From Candidatus Aegiribacteria sp. (lineage in GTDB: Bacteria; Fermentibacterota; Fermentibacteria; Fermentibacterales; JCC-6), in NCBI GenBank assembly GCA_046498225.1, contig JAWOBF010000061.1, positions 1-64,000 of the forward strand: DNA of 64,000 bases. Direction: 5' to 3'. Position numbers and translations under genes: made by a program. The notes below the pieces were generated by a model, which searched no databases, was not told the origin of the DNA, and saw only the letters and a list, made by a program, of their open reading frames with translations. Positions 7,680-17,301 of the stretch are shown piece by piece. Position 1 is the first letter of the stretch, and each line of letters starts with the position of its first letter.

Positions 7680-10369
7680 CAGTGCTGCGCCTCCAGCCAG
7701 TTATTCCCCGCGCCGGTGTCGACCACCAGCGGCACGTCCAGGGTAACGGCGCCCGCCATTTCTTCCTGTATGATCCCGGCCACCTCTTCCGCCCTCTCCA
7801 TCGGAGCCGCGGCCACCAGCTCATCGTGCACCTGGAGAACCAGGCCCGCGCCGTCGATATCCCTCAGCCGACGGTCCACTGCTATCATGGCAAGCTTTAT
7901 TATGTCCGCGGCCGAGCCCTGAATGGTTGTATTCACCGCCATCCTCTCCATGGAGTTCCTGTGCGCGCCCTTCGCGGTTTTCATTCCGCTGAATTCCCTT
8001 CTTCTTCCCAGCAGGGTCCTGGTCTCCCCGTGTTCCTCCGCGAAGCTTACGCAGCTGTCGAAGAAGGATTTCACCTCCGGATAGGTGGAGACGTATCTGT
8101 CAATTATATCCGCCGCGTCTCCCCTGCTTATGCCTATCCTGTTGCTCAGGCCCCACGGGCTTATTCCGTAGAGAATGGAGAAATTGACCTCCTTGGCCTT
8201 TCTTCTGTTCCCGGGGGAATCATCCCCGAACACCGCCCTTGCGGTGGAGCTGTGTACGTCCCTCTCCTCCTCGAAGGCCTGTCTCATGTTCCCCGGGCCG
8301 GCCAGATGCGCCAGTACTCGGAGCTCAATCTGGGAATAGTCGGCGGTCACGAAAACGTTCCCCTCGCCCGGAGGGATGAAGCACCTTCTTATCTCCCGTC
8401 CCCTGCTTGTCCTGATGGGAATGTTCTGAAGGTTCGGATGGCTGGAGCTGAGCCTTCCGGTGGCTGTCACCGTCTGACTGAAACTGGTATGGATGAGACC
8501 GTCCCTGCTGCAGATGAACCCGGGAAGTTTCCTGACGTAGGTATTCAGAAGCTTGGAGAGTTCCCGGTGCTCTATCACGGTATCCACGAACCGATGTTCT
8601 CCCCTGAGCTTTTCCAGGACCTCCATGGATGAAGAGTCCGCCCCGGAGGCGGTCTTTCTCACCGGTGTGAGGCCGAGAGTGTCGAACAGGACGCGGGATA
8701 CCTGGGAGGGGCTGTTCAGGTTGATCCGATACCCGGCGGTCTTCGCGGCTGTCTCCTCCAGGTCCATCATGTCGGAGGTGAACTCCTCCTCCAGCTGACC
8801 CAGCGACTCTATGTCCAGTCCGACCCCCCTTTTCTCCATGTCGGCGATTATTCTCACCAGGGGCAGCTCCACCTCCCGGTAGATACTGAGAAGCGCCGGG
8901 TCCCCGGCCAGCTTCTCTTCCAGGAGCAGCGAGAGTTCCAGCGCGGTTGCCGAATCACATCCGCAGTAATCGGCCACCTCCTCTGTGCCCACCTCGGCCA
9001 GGGTTTCGGCCCCTTCCAGAACATCCCCGTATTCCTTCATGGGCCTTTCCAGCCAGGTGGTCGAGAGATTGGAGAGGGAATGGGACTGTATCTCCGGGCG
9101 AAGAAGGTAATCGGCTATCATGGGGTCTGCGGCCAGCCGGTCTATCCTCAGACCCAGGTTCTCGAGGATATGCATATCGTACTTGCCGTTCTGAGCGGTT
9201 ATCCGTTTCCCTTCCAGCTTTTCCGCCAGGAGGGGAATTACGCGGGAGACTTCCAGGGCGTCGGGACCGGCCAGCGGAACGTACCAGGCGCTGCGTTTCT
9301 GAAACGACAGCGACACACCTACAGGTTCAGCCTCGAAGGGGTCCCTGGAAGTGGTTTCCGTGTCAATGGCCAGAAGACCTTCCTTCCCGGTTTCCACAAT
9401 GAGGTCCGACAGGCTGTCGAGACTGCGGATAATGCGGGTGCTGCACCACTCCTGCCGGGTGCCCGCCTGGACAGAGCTGAAGAGGTCGCCCGCCGGACGT
9501 ATGCCGAGTTTCTCCAGTATGCTGCTCATTCCCAGGTCGGTCAGCATTTCCGCTGCGGCCGCCCTGTCCGGCGGTTTCATCGCCAGACCTTCCAGGTCGA
9601 TATCCATCTCCATGGCCGGGACAAGCGAGACCAGCTCCCTGCTCAGGTCCACCATCTCCCTGTTCTCCTCCAGTTTTCTGCGGACGGAAGTGGAGGAAAT
9701 GTCGTCCAGAGAGCTGTATATCCGCTCCAGACTTCCATACCGGTCAAGCAGCTTCAGGGCGGTCTTCCTGCCTATTCCCCTGGCGCCTGGAATATTGTCG
9801 GAAGGGTCACCGGTCAGGGCAAGGAAGTCGGCCACCTGGTCGGCCCTTACCCCCATTACCTCCGGAACGTCCTCCTCCTCCACCACTACCTCCTGCTTCT
9901 CCCCCTTCCCGGGTCTTATGACGGTGACCCGTGGGGATGCGAGCTGGAGCAGGTCCTTGTCCGAAGACAGTATTTCGACCCTGTCCCCCCTTGAGCGCGC
10001 CTGCTGGACCAGCCAGGCTATTATGTCGTCAGCCTCGAACCCCTCCCTCTCCAGAAGGGGGATACCGAGAGCGGGAATGAGCTTTCGAGCATATTCGGAC
10101 TGGATTCGGAGCTCCTCCGGCATACCCGGTCGGTTAGCCTTGTACAGGGGATAGAGCTCTACCCTGAAAACCGGTGAGGGGTGGTCGAATACCGCCGCCA
10201 CCACGTCCGAACCGCGGGATTCCTTTCTTTCCAGTATCTCCCTGACCAGGAAGAACAGGCCGCTGGTGTTGGTCCCGTCACCGGCTCTTAGTGGGTTTCG
10301 CATCATGGCGAAATGCCCTCTGTAGAGCAGGGCGTGGCAGTCTACCAGGAGATAGAGCTTTTCAGGCAT
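7679..10369 (-). CDS. polA: DNA polymerase I
   Basis: 5'-3' exonuclease (EADDI, GDPSDNIPG), 3'-5' exonuclease (DTET, NGKYD, YCGCD), polymerase (TGRLSS, DYSQIELR, QVHDE); start MPEKL. Confidence 0.97.
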   Translation of the reverse strand: MPEKLYLLVDCHALLYRGHFAMMRNPLRAGDGTNTSGLFFLVREILERKESRGSDVVAAVFDHPSPVFRVELYPLYKANRPGMPEELRIQSEYARKLIPALGIPLLEREGFEADDIIAWLVQQARSRGDRVEILSSDKDLLQLASPRVTVIRPGKGEKQEVVVEEEDVPEVMGVRADQVADFLALTGDPSDNIPGARGIGRKTALKLLDRYGSLERIYSSLDDISSTSVRRKLEENREMVDLSRELVSLVPAMEMDIDLEGLAMKPPDRAAAAEMLTDLGMSSILEKLGIRPAGDLFSSVQAGTRQEWCSTRIIRSLDSLSDLIVETGKEGLLAIDTETTSRDPFEAEPVGVSLSFQKRSAWYVPLAGPDALEVSRVIPLLAEKLEGKRITAQNGKYDMHILENLGLRIDRLAADPMIADYLLRPEIQSHSLSNLSTTWLERPMKEYGDVLEGAETLAEVGTEEVADYCGCDSATALELSLLLEEKLAGDPALLSIYREVELPLVRIIADMEKRGVGLDIESLGQLEEEFTSDMMDLEETAAKTAGYRINLNSPSQVSRVLFDTLGLTPVRKTASGADSSSMEVLEKLRGEHRFVDTVIEHRELSKLLNTYVRKLPGFICSRDGLIHTSFSQTVTATGRLSSSHPNLQNIPIRTSRGREIRRCFIPPGEGNVFVTADYSQIELRVLAHLAGPGNMRQAFEEERDVHSSTARAVFGDDSPGNRRKAKEVNFSILYGISPWGLSNRIGISRGDAADIIDRYVSTYPEVKSFFDSCVSFAEEHGETRTLLGRRREFSGMKTAKGAHRNSMERMAVNTTIQGSAADIIKLAMIAVDRRLRDIDGAGLVLQVHDELVAAAPMERAEEVAGIIQEEMAGAVTLDVPLVVDTGAGNNWLEAQH

Positions 10370-11285
10370 TTCCGTACTCTCCAGACCTTTTGAGCAGCGC
10401 AAGGGATTCATTCAGGACCTCCCCGGCGGATATCCTCCGCAGGCATTCCGCCTCGCCGCGGGGACAGTTTCGTCTGTAGCAGGGAGAGCATTCCAGGCCG
10501 GCTGTTACCCGCGCGGCATGCCTGCCCATGGGCGCCGTCCATTCGGGAGAGGTGGAGCCGAATATGGTAACGGTGGGTATTCCAAGCGCGGCAGCAAGGT
10601 GTACTCCTCCGGAGTCGTTCCCCACCGTCAGGACTGATCCCATGAGAGCGGCGGCGAGACCTGGAATATCGAGGCCGGAGGCTGCTGAGCAGCATTCGAT
10701 CCCCGAGGCGAGGTTCAGCAGATATTCCCTCTCATCCGCGGAGCCGTAGAGAACGGTTTTCAGACCGGTTTCCTTGGTCAGCCGGAATGCCAGTTCCCTG
10801 AATCCGGGCCATCTCTTTGCGCCGCCGTACCTGGCGCCGGGGAAGAGGGCTGCATGCGGGGTACTGGAGGGTTCAACGGCGGGAGCAGGCACATGAGGGG
10901 TACCGGAGCCTCCTGCGACCTCGGCCAGTCTCAGGTAATCAAGCGAATGATGGTGTTCCCTGCTGCCGGGAGGCTTGAGCGGGCGCGTGAGAAGTATCCT
11001 GCGCATATCGGTGGCGTAGCCGATCCTTTCCGGAACGCGGGAAAGGAACCCCTGAAGCGCTGATCTGAAGGACCCGGCCATGAGAAGGAGAGTCCCGTAG
11101 TCCTTCCCGGAGACCCTGGGTCCGGTATGGACCCGGATGCCGGGAAAGAAGACGGGCATCAGGCCGGCCACCCGGTCATGGGACCAGAAACCGATCCCGG
11201 CAGGGTTCCCGGCCAGCATGGATATTGCCGGAATTGACATGACAGCGTCCCCCAGCCAGTTGGGAGTCCTTACCAAAAGAGAAAT
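10362..11285 (-). CDS. waaF: Lipopolysaccharide heptosyltransferase II (GT9)
   Basis: VRTPNWLGDAVM, PGARYGGAKRW, NDSGGVHLAAA, CSPC; start uncertain (ATT 11285 or TTG 11276). Confidence 0.85.
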   Translation of the reverse strand: MSLLVRTPNWLGDAVMSIPAISMLAGNPAGIGFWSHDRVAGLMPVFFPGIRVHTGPRVSGKDYGTLLLMAGSFRSALQGFLSRVPERIGYATDMRRILLTRPLKPPGSREHHHSLDYLRLAEVAGGSGTPHVPAPAVEPSSTPHAALFPGARYGGAKRWPGFRELAFRLTKETGLKTVLYGSADEREYLLNLASGIECCSAASGLDIPGLAAALMGSVLTVGNDSGGVHLAAALGIPTVTIFGSTSPEWTAPMGRHAARVTAGLECSPCYRRNCPRGEAECLRRISAGEVLNESLALLKRSGEYGNA

Positions 11286-11286
11286 G

Positions 11287-12213
11287 CTACCATCCTCTCT
11301 TGAGAAGCTTCACCCAGGCGTCCACGAAATCGGCCTCCTGCCGGGAAGCTTCCACTCCGTGCCATTTCATGAAGTTTCCCTCCCTGTCCAGGCCCACCAC
11401 CGGAACCTCGAAAGCGCAGGCGTCCCCCCAGAGGTCGTCGCTGTCTGTAGCCACCACGGACGCTCCCGCTACTATGGCGGTCTTCATCTCCCTGTCCAGA
11501 CCGCTGAGTTCGGTGTTCTTCCCGGAGAGGCAGACGGTCCGGAGCGGAACTTCCGCCCTGTTCTTCTCCAGCACCCCCAGAGCTGTGGCGGTAGTGACTA
11601 TGTAGGGAAGCATCCTGCCTGTTACGGGGGCCATCTTCTGCTCCGCCGCCCGCCTGGCGTGTTCCCGGACCACAGGTTTCCAGCCGAGGTGGTAGGAAAG
11701 CCCCAGAGCGCCGCACATCTGTTCCAGCTTTTCGGGGAAATAGGGACTTTTCGTCATGACGGTCAGATTGACGAGACGCGACCGCTCGTCCAGCGGTGCT
11801 ATCCGTATGCCGCATTTCGAATGCAGCAGGATGTCACGGTCGGATTCAATGACCTTTGAATAGGGATAGAAGAAAAGAGTGCCACTGGACAGCTTCTCCC
11901 CCTCCAGCGACCCGGGAACCCGAGGTTTCCCGACGTAGCGGTGAACGGAGGGTCTCCAGCTCAGCATATTGAACAGGCGGTGGTCCCTTTCCGGACAGAT
12001 AACGTTCAGTTCCACTTCCTGGAATTCCTTCTGAAGGCTGTTGGCGAGGAAGAGGGCCGGCCAGACATCGGATTCCATCGGACCTGAGAAGATCACCAGT
12101 CCATCCGGGTCCCGCAGGTCGGCCGGCAGATGAATAACAGTGCGGTTCAGCCGTTTCAGGTCCCTTCCGCCTATCCCCAGGACCTTCAGCAGACGTTGGA
12201 GGAAACCGCTCAT
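11287..12213 (-). CDS. Hypothetical protein, possibly a divergent GT9/GT-B fold
   Basis: Adjacent to waaF; C-terminal ASVVATDSDDLWGDACAFEVPVVGL loosely parallels the GT9 NDSG..HLAAALGxPxV segment. Confidence 0.5.
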   Translation of the reverse strand: MSGFLQRLLKVLGIGGRDLKRLNRTVIHLPADLRDPDGLVIFSGPMESDVWPALFLANSLQKEFQEVELNVICPERDHRLFNMLSWRPSVHRYVGKPRVPGSLEGEKLSSGTLFFYPYSKVIESDRDILLHSKCGIRIAPLDERSRLVNLTVMTKSPYFPEKLEQMCGALGLSYHLGWKPVVREHARRAAEQKMAPVTGRMLPYIVTTATALGVLEKNRAEVPLRTVCLSGKNTELSGLDREMKTAIVAGASVVATDSDDLWGDACAFEVPVVGLDREGNFMKWHGVEASRQEADFVDAWVKLLKRGW

Positions 12214-12896
12214 TCCAGGTCGTTCATCAGTGACCTGGCGTAATCACGGGAGATGAATGAGAAGCCGGTGTCGGTATAGACCGACTGCAGGACCGACATC
12301 GCCCGGCCGAACCTGCCCTGGCCATGCAGGCTCAGCGCCAGCGCCGCCCGGGCCATGCCCTCCCGGGGAAAGTTCGAGGTGAGGAACATTGCCGCCTCTT
12401 CCGCTTCCCGGAACATTCCCGCCCCGACCAGCGCCAGGGTCAGGTCCAGGGCGGAATAGTACCTCTGACGCGTCGAGACGGCCCTGTCCATGGAAAGCAG
12501 GAACATTTCGGCGGCCCGAAGGGGCTCCCCCCTGAACTGAAGGGCCATCCCCTCGGCCCTGCTCCTGAGCCAGGGGTTTCCCGTCTGCCGGTCAAGGGCG
12601 GCGCAGGAGTATTCCGCCAGCCCGCAGTTCCAGGCCAGCCTGGCGAACCAGAAATCGAGATATCCCTCCTCCAGAGGCAGGCCATCCAGCCTCAGCATCA
12701 GGTCGAGAGCATGTATGCTGTTGCCGGAATAGAGGGACTCCTCTATGAAACGGCTGATTATACGCACTTCGCCGGCCAGGTCCTTCTCCTCGCTGTACTT
12801 CCTGCCGGCTTCCACCAGGTCGCCGGAGACCTCCAGGCTGAAACCCTGGGATAGTATCATTGCCAGCAGCAGCAGGACATTAAGGTTCATCATCAC
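12210..12896 (-). CDS. Exported TPR-like helical repeat protein
   Basis: Signal peptide; helical Ala/Leu pattern such as GMFREAEE and QGRFGRAMSVL; coupled at both ends. Confidence 0.55.
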   Translation of the reverse strand: MMMNLNVLLLLAMILSQGFSLEVSGDLVEAGRKYSEEKDLAGEVRIISRFIEESLYSGNSIHALDLMLRLDGLPLEEGYLDFWFARLAWNCGLAEYSCAALDRQTGNPWLRSRAEGMALQFRGEPLRAAEMFLLSMDRAVSTRQRYYSALDLTLALVGAGMFREAEEAAMFLTSNFPREGMARAALALSLHGQGRFGRAMSVLQSVYTDTGFSFISRDYARSLMNDLE

Positions 12897-13534
12897 TCCA
12901 TAATGCGCGACAGTATCCGTCTCAGCAGCCTGAGGTAGCTGAGAAGGCCTGTGAGCGCCGAAAGAAGGGCGAATATCATCAGGGGTGTATAGAGGGAGGA
13001 GAATATCTGCTTATGGGGGAACGCCAGCCTTGCGGTGGCGGTTATGAGAAGAAGGTAGCTGAAGAGCACGGCCAGCCGCTCGCCTGTGGTTATGGTCACA
13101 ACGGGCACGTGTACGCTCCAGGATATGATGGAGAGCGACAGCAGCAGCAGCAGGTGGTAACCGGTAAGCAGACCCGCCACGAAGGTATCCAGCCCGTTCA
13201 GGTTGAACGCGACGATTATCAGGGCCACGGACAGGAACAGCTTGTCGGCGGTGAAATCCATCACCTTCCCGGGGTAGGTGTTCCTCTTCATCCTTCTGGC
13301 GGTCCAGCCGTCGAGGTAATCCGATACCGCGCCCGCCAGTATGAGCCAGAAAACCGGTACCGGGCTGCTGTACCTGTAGGCCAGGAGGACGAGGACACCG
13401 GCTCCGGCGAACCGGAACCAGGTTATCAGGGCCGGTACGATCGGAAAACTCCCGGCTATCTGATGAGCCCGGTTCTGCACCTCAGCCCTTATCTGATGCA
13501 GGATATTCCTGCCGTTTGCCGGGTTCGATGTCAC
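12893..13534 (-). CDS. CDP-alcohol phosphatidyltransferase (PgsA-like)
   Basis: DYLDGWTARR...GKVMDFTADK signature; GTG 13534 overlaps the upstream stop (GTGA). Confidence 0.88.
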   Translation of the reverse strand: MTSNPANGRNILHQIRAEVQNRAHQIAGSFPIVPALITWFRFAGAGVLVLLAYRYSSPVPVFWLILAGAVSDYLDGWTARRMKRNTYPGKVMDFTADKLFLSVALIIVAFNLNGLDTFVAGLLTGYHLLLLLSLSIISWSVHVPVVTITTGERLAVLFSYLLLITATARLAFPHKQIFSSLYTPLMIFALLSALTGLLSYLRLLRRILSRIME

Positions 13535-14223
13535 GGGGAGACGCCCTCCCTTATTCCGGCTGCGAAAAGGCTGTCCAGGGCGGACATGCCTATCCAGTCC
13601 CTCTCCCATTCCATGGAGACGGGAAAGAACACACCGGCAAGCATTTCCAGGTCGGACCTCCCCGCCAGGATATTCGGATGGAACAACCCGCCGTGGGACG
13701 TTCGCATCCAGCCCATGGCGATTACTGCCGCCAGCGTGTTGCCGTAGTCGTCGTCCGTGAGGTCTGAGGGAATTTCTGGACCGGTGCTGAGAGCGTCGTA
13801 GAACTGGAAGCGGCCGTACCAGGAAAGCGCTATTCCCAGGTCACGTCTGGTAACCGGAACAACCGAACCCCTTCCGTCCATCCAGGCCTCCGCCTCTCGT
13901 ATCCTGCCCCGGTTGACCAGCAGGCGCAGAAGAGGAACCAGGGCCGTCCTGTTACCGTTCTTGAGCTGGCTCTTGATGGCTCGTTCGTTGAGGGAGGGCG
14001 GGGCAAGGGAATCAGCCTCAAGTCTGGACCCGGAGGCTTCAAGCCAGAAATCATCGGCGACCGTGAGCGTCTGGGCCGATAGCGTTACAGTGAATAACAG
14101 GGTCACGACAAGAAGGATGGAGCGGGTAACGGGGATCGAACCCGCGACATTCAGCTTGGGAAGCTGACACTCTGCCAACTGAGTTATACCCGCTCCGTCA
14201 TCTGGGAATGAATAGGTTTTCAT
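13531..14223 (-). CDS. Hypothetical exported protein whose reading frame overlaps tRNA-Gly; start uncertain
   Basis: Open frame from ATG 14223 (ATGA overlap with dapF stop) through the tRNA into a signal-peptide-like ILLVVTLLFTVTLSAQ; stop coupled to the next gene. Confidence 0.55.
   Translation of the reverse strand: MKTYSFPDDGAGITQLAECQLPKLNVAGSIPVTRSILLVVTLLFTVTLSAQTLTVADDFWLEASGSRLEADSLAPPSLNERAIKSQLKNGNRTALVPLLRLLVNRGRIREAEAWMDGRGSVVPVTRRDLGIALSWYGRFQFYDALSTGPEIPSDLTDDDYGNTLAAVIAMGWMRTSHGGLFHPNILAGRSDLEMLAGVFFPVSMEWERDWIGMSALDSLFAAGIREGVSP
14118..14193 (-). tRNA. tRNA-Gly (CCC), 76 nt, CCA encoded
   Basis: GCGGGTA/TACCCGC acceptor stem, D arm ACTC-AGTTGGCA-GAGT, anticodon arm TCAGC-TTCCCAA-GCTGA, T loop GGTTCGATCC, U73 followed by CCA. 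Confidence 0.97.
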
Positions 14224-15047
14224 GGTCCCTCCGTCAAGTTCCTTCCGGGCAGGCTTTCCAGGACGCCTGAATATACTGCTCTGGCCTCGCCCTGCAGCCA
14301 CCAGCCTTTTTCGTCGTTTCCCGCCGTAAGGGTCAGCCCGCTCCTGACCCCTATATCCACCGGCTGGGCGCAGCCGAGGAGTTCAACGGCGCAGATCGCG
14401 CATGCAACGGCCCCCGTGCCGCAGGCCAGCGTCTCACCCTCCACCCCTCTTTCCCAGGTCCTCATGGAAATGGACCCATTGTCCGTCCAGAGATAATTAA
14501 CGTTGGCGCCTGCCTGTCCGAACATTGAATGGCTCCTCAGCCTTCTTGCGGTCTCATCGAAGGGAGGTATGTCGGGTCCGCCGGTGACCGCCACCGCGTG
14601 GGGAACTCCGGTGTTGACGAAGGACAGGCTGAGTTCATGGGAACCCACCCGGGTCTTTCTGTCAAGAAAATGTATCGCGGGGTCCGTCATCCATATCCTG
14701 GCGCTGTCCGGGCCGGTCACCCTGGCCCTGTGAACTCCGGCCGCGCTTCTGAAACTGAAGTCCTCCCCCGGTTCCACGAGCCCCCTCCGCGCCGCGAAAG
14801 CCGCTATGCAGCGGCCTCCGTTGCCGCACATCTCCGCCTCTCCGCCGTCGCTGTTGTAATACCTCATCCTGAAAGGGAACTCAGGGTCGCTTCCCATTTC
14901 CAGCACGCCGTCAGCGCCTACCGAGAGTCCCCTTCGGCAGAGAGCCCTCACAAGCTCAGCGGTAACCGGAGTGTCAGTGGTTCCGTCCAGGTTGTCTATG
15001 AGTATGAAGTCGTTGCCGGCGCCGCTCATTTTAACGAATTTCAGCAT
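14220..15047 (-). CDS. dapF: Diaminopimelate epimerase
   Basis: KMSGAGNDF, GADG, EMCGNG, NTGVPH, ERGVEGETLACGTG. Confidence 0.96.
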   Translation of the reverse strand: MLKFVKMSGAGNDFILIDNLDGTTDTPVTAELVRALCRRGLSVGADGVLEMGSDPEFPFRMRYYNSDGGEAEMCGNGGRCIAAFAARRGLVEPGEDFSFRSAAGVHRARVTGPDSARIWMTDPAIHFLDRKTRVGSHELSLSFVNTGVPHAVAVTGGPDIPPFDETARRLRSHSMFGQAGANVNYLWTDNGSISMRTWERGVEGETLACGTGAVACAICAVELLGCAQPVDIGVRSGLTLTAGNDEKGWWLQGEARAVYSGVLESLPGRNLTEGP

Positions 15048-17274
15048 TATTCCCTGTTTCCTCCCCCACGCCGCCCATCTCCCTTTCCAGCAGTTCCAGC
15101 TCCAGGCGGGCTTCCCGGTTCGCCGGGTCCTCCTCAAGCACCCGGAAGTATTCCTCCCTGGCTTCCTCCGGCCGGCCCTCGGCCGCGAAAAGCCTCGCCA
15201 GCAGAAGCCTGAGGGCGGGCCTTTCGCCGGTCCACCAGGTGAAGCTCTCGATATCCTCCGCCAGGTGGTCCAGCCGGTAGCCGCCCTGAATATACAGCTG
15301 GATGAGGTCATTGAGCATACTTTCGGTAACCTCGGCGGGACCGCCGCCCGCAAGGCCCAGAAGGAGCGCGCCCGAAAGCATGTCAGGGTCGTTGATCTCT
15401 ATGCCCCTGTCCGCCAGGTAGCCTGACCATCCCCTCATGTCCTCCAGGATGGCCTTTGCCTGGTCGTAGCCGCTGTAGCAGTGGGCGTACCGTTCCACGA
15501 ACAGGAACCGCCTGGGAAGGTCAGCAGCCTCCCGGTACCCCCGGCCGTAGACGCGGAGGGAGGGTCCCTGGTGGAGGAGAACGAGTGAATCCAGCGTTTC
15601 GGGCCTGTAATGAAGCTGCCGGGCTACGGCCTGTTCCGGTTCTTCCCGCAGCCCCGCGAGGTAGAGCAGGCCGCTGAAGCTACTGTCCAGCAGGAAATCC
15701 GCCTGATACACCAGCAGCCGGCAGTCCCGGTCCCTCATGAAGGCCACCAGGCTGTCCTCCGGCATGAACATGGTCTCGGCGAACCTGATTATTGTCTCCC
15801 TGTTGTATTCGCTCTCGAAGAAGGTATGGGTTACTACCGGACGCTCCGCGTAGGCCGAAATCAGGCCGGATATGTGCCAGTAGCTCAGAACGGCCCGATC
15901 GCTTTCCGTTTCCCTGTCCAGCCAGTCCAGGAAGGAATCAAGCTCACGGTCGCCCAGCATTGAGGATGAATCCTCGAACCGCAGTCCGACCCTGTCGATT
16001 GCTCCCGCTATGACCCCGGGAAACAGGGATTGAAGGATGATGGCCAGGGCCACGGGGACTATCAGCCATCTCCTTCTGAAGGTTGCGGCGATAACCGGAA
16101 CGAGAGCCACGGCCAGGAACACCATCAGCCTGTCGAAGAAGAGGTAGCCGGCCAGCGAGAGGGGAAGGAACCAGAAAATGAGCCTGTTCCCCCTCTCCCT
16201 GAAGAACGCCCTTGCTCCCGGCAGGGCCGCCAGGAGGGGCACTCCGAAGAGCAGAAGGAACTGGGCCGGCGAGGGGCTGGTGTAACCGGGCACCCAGAAC
16301 AGCCTGGCGTCCTCCGACAGAAGCAGGGGGTTCTCCGGATGGCTGAAGAGGAACCTCAGCTTTGCCGCTATCACCGATGACACGTGACCGGTGGCGGCCT
16401 GACCGATGAAAGAGGATGCCGCGGCCAGGACAGTGGCGCACAGCGGGTACCAGACCGGTCTGAACCGGGGCAGGAGCAGAAACACCGCCATGACCGTGGC
16501 CGGGCTTATCAGCGCCCCGTCATGCCTCATGTGGGGCAGAAGGACGGAAGCGGCTATCTGGGCGGAGGCCAGGGATATCCTGGCGGACAGGGGTACGTCT
16601 CCCCTTCGCCAGTTCCTCCAAAACAGATAAAGAAGCAGGAAGAACGAGATGAAGGCTGTGACCTTCCACGCGGCAAGTGACATGAACAGGACAACTCCCG
16701 CGGATACGCCGAATCTCATGGCGGCCCGTTCATCCTCTTCGGCAAGTGTCCTCTCGGTAAGCCATCCCAGAGCCACGAGCATGGGCAGGGCGACGGTCTC
16801 CCTGTAGAGGGACCCGCCCCTTGCCCTGAGGATGGCCGGAAGAAGAAAGGCGTAAAGACCGGAAGCCAGAAGGGAGGTCCATTTTTCGAATCCTGCCCCG
16901 CGCATCCACAGGTAGAGCATGGGGATAACCAGCAGAGGGAAGAAAAGCGCGAAAGCCCTGATGAAACCATCGAAGTCCCCCCCCGCTATCCTGTGGATAC
17001 CTCCGGCCACGTACTCCTCGAATATGGAGTTGTGAAAGGTATTCATGCCCCGCGGATGCATAACCAGGGTATCGACTTCAGGAATATGGCCGGTCATGGA
17101 GAACATTTTCGCGTAACGGTAGGCCTGGGTGGTTTCGGCCTGCATCCTTTTCGGAGGGGGAAGCACGGAGGAGGCGACCAGGCTCCGGAAGAGGAATCCC
17201 GCCGCAACCGCCGCGGCGAGAAGCAGGGCTGTTGTCAGAACACCGGTTCTACGGAACATCGCTGGGCTTTCCAT
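15031..17274 (-). CDS. GT-C integral membrane glycosyltransferase, DPY19/STT3-like, with C-terminal TPR
   Basis: About 12-13 TM segments, a soluble domain and one TPR; QAETTQAYRY, YRETVALP, RPVVTHTFFE; no WWD(Y/W)G motif. Confidence 0.7.
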   Translation of the reverse strand: MESPAMFRRTGVLTTALLLAAAVAAGFLFRSLVASSVLPPPKRMQAETTQAYRYAKMFSMTGHIPEVDTLVMHPRGMNTFHNSIFEEYVAGGIHRIAGGDFDGFIRAFALFFPLLVIPMLYLWMRGAGFEKWTSLLASGLYAFLLPAILRARGGSLYRETVALPMLVALGWLTERTLAEEDERAAMRFGVSAGVVLFMSLAAWKVTAFISFFLLLYLFWRNWRRGDVPLSARISLASAQIAASVLLPHMRHDGALISPATVMAVFLLLPRFRPVWYPLCATVLAAASSFIGQAATGHVSSVIAAKLRFLFSHPENPLLLSEDARLFWVPGYTSPSPAQFLLLFGVPLLAALPGARAFFRERGNRLIFWFLPLSLAGYLFFDRLMVFLAVALVPVIAATFRRRWLIVPVALAIILQSLFPGVIAGAIDRVGLRFEDSSSMLGDRELDSFLDWLDRETESDRAVLSYWHISGLISAYAERPVVTHTFFESEYNRETIIRFAETMFMPEDSLVAFMRDRDCRLLVYQADFLLDSSFSGLLYLAGLREEPEQAVARQLHYRPETLDSLVLLHQGPSLRVYGRGYREAADLPRRFLFVERYAHCYSGYDQAKAILEDMRGWSGYLADRGIEINDPDMLSGALLLGLAGGGPAEVTESMLNDLIQLYIQGGYRLDHLAEDIESFTWWTGERPALRLLLARLFAAEGRPEEAREEYFRVLEEDPANREARLELELLEREMGGVGEETGNNAEIR

Positions 17275-17301
17275 GGCTTATGAAAGGACGGCGGCCGCGG
17301 A

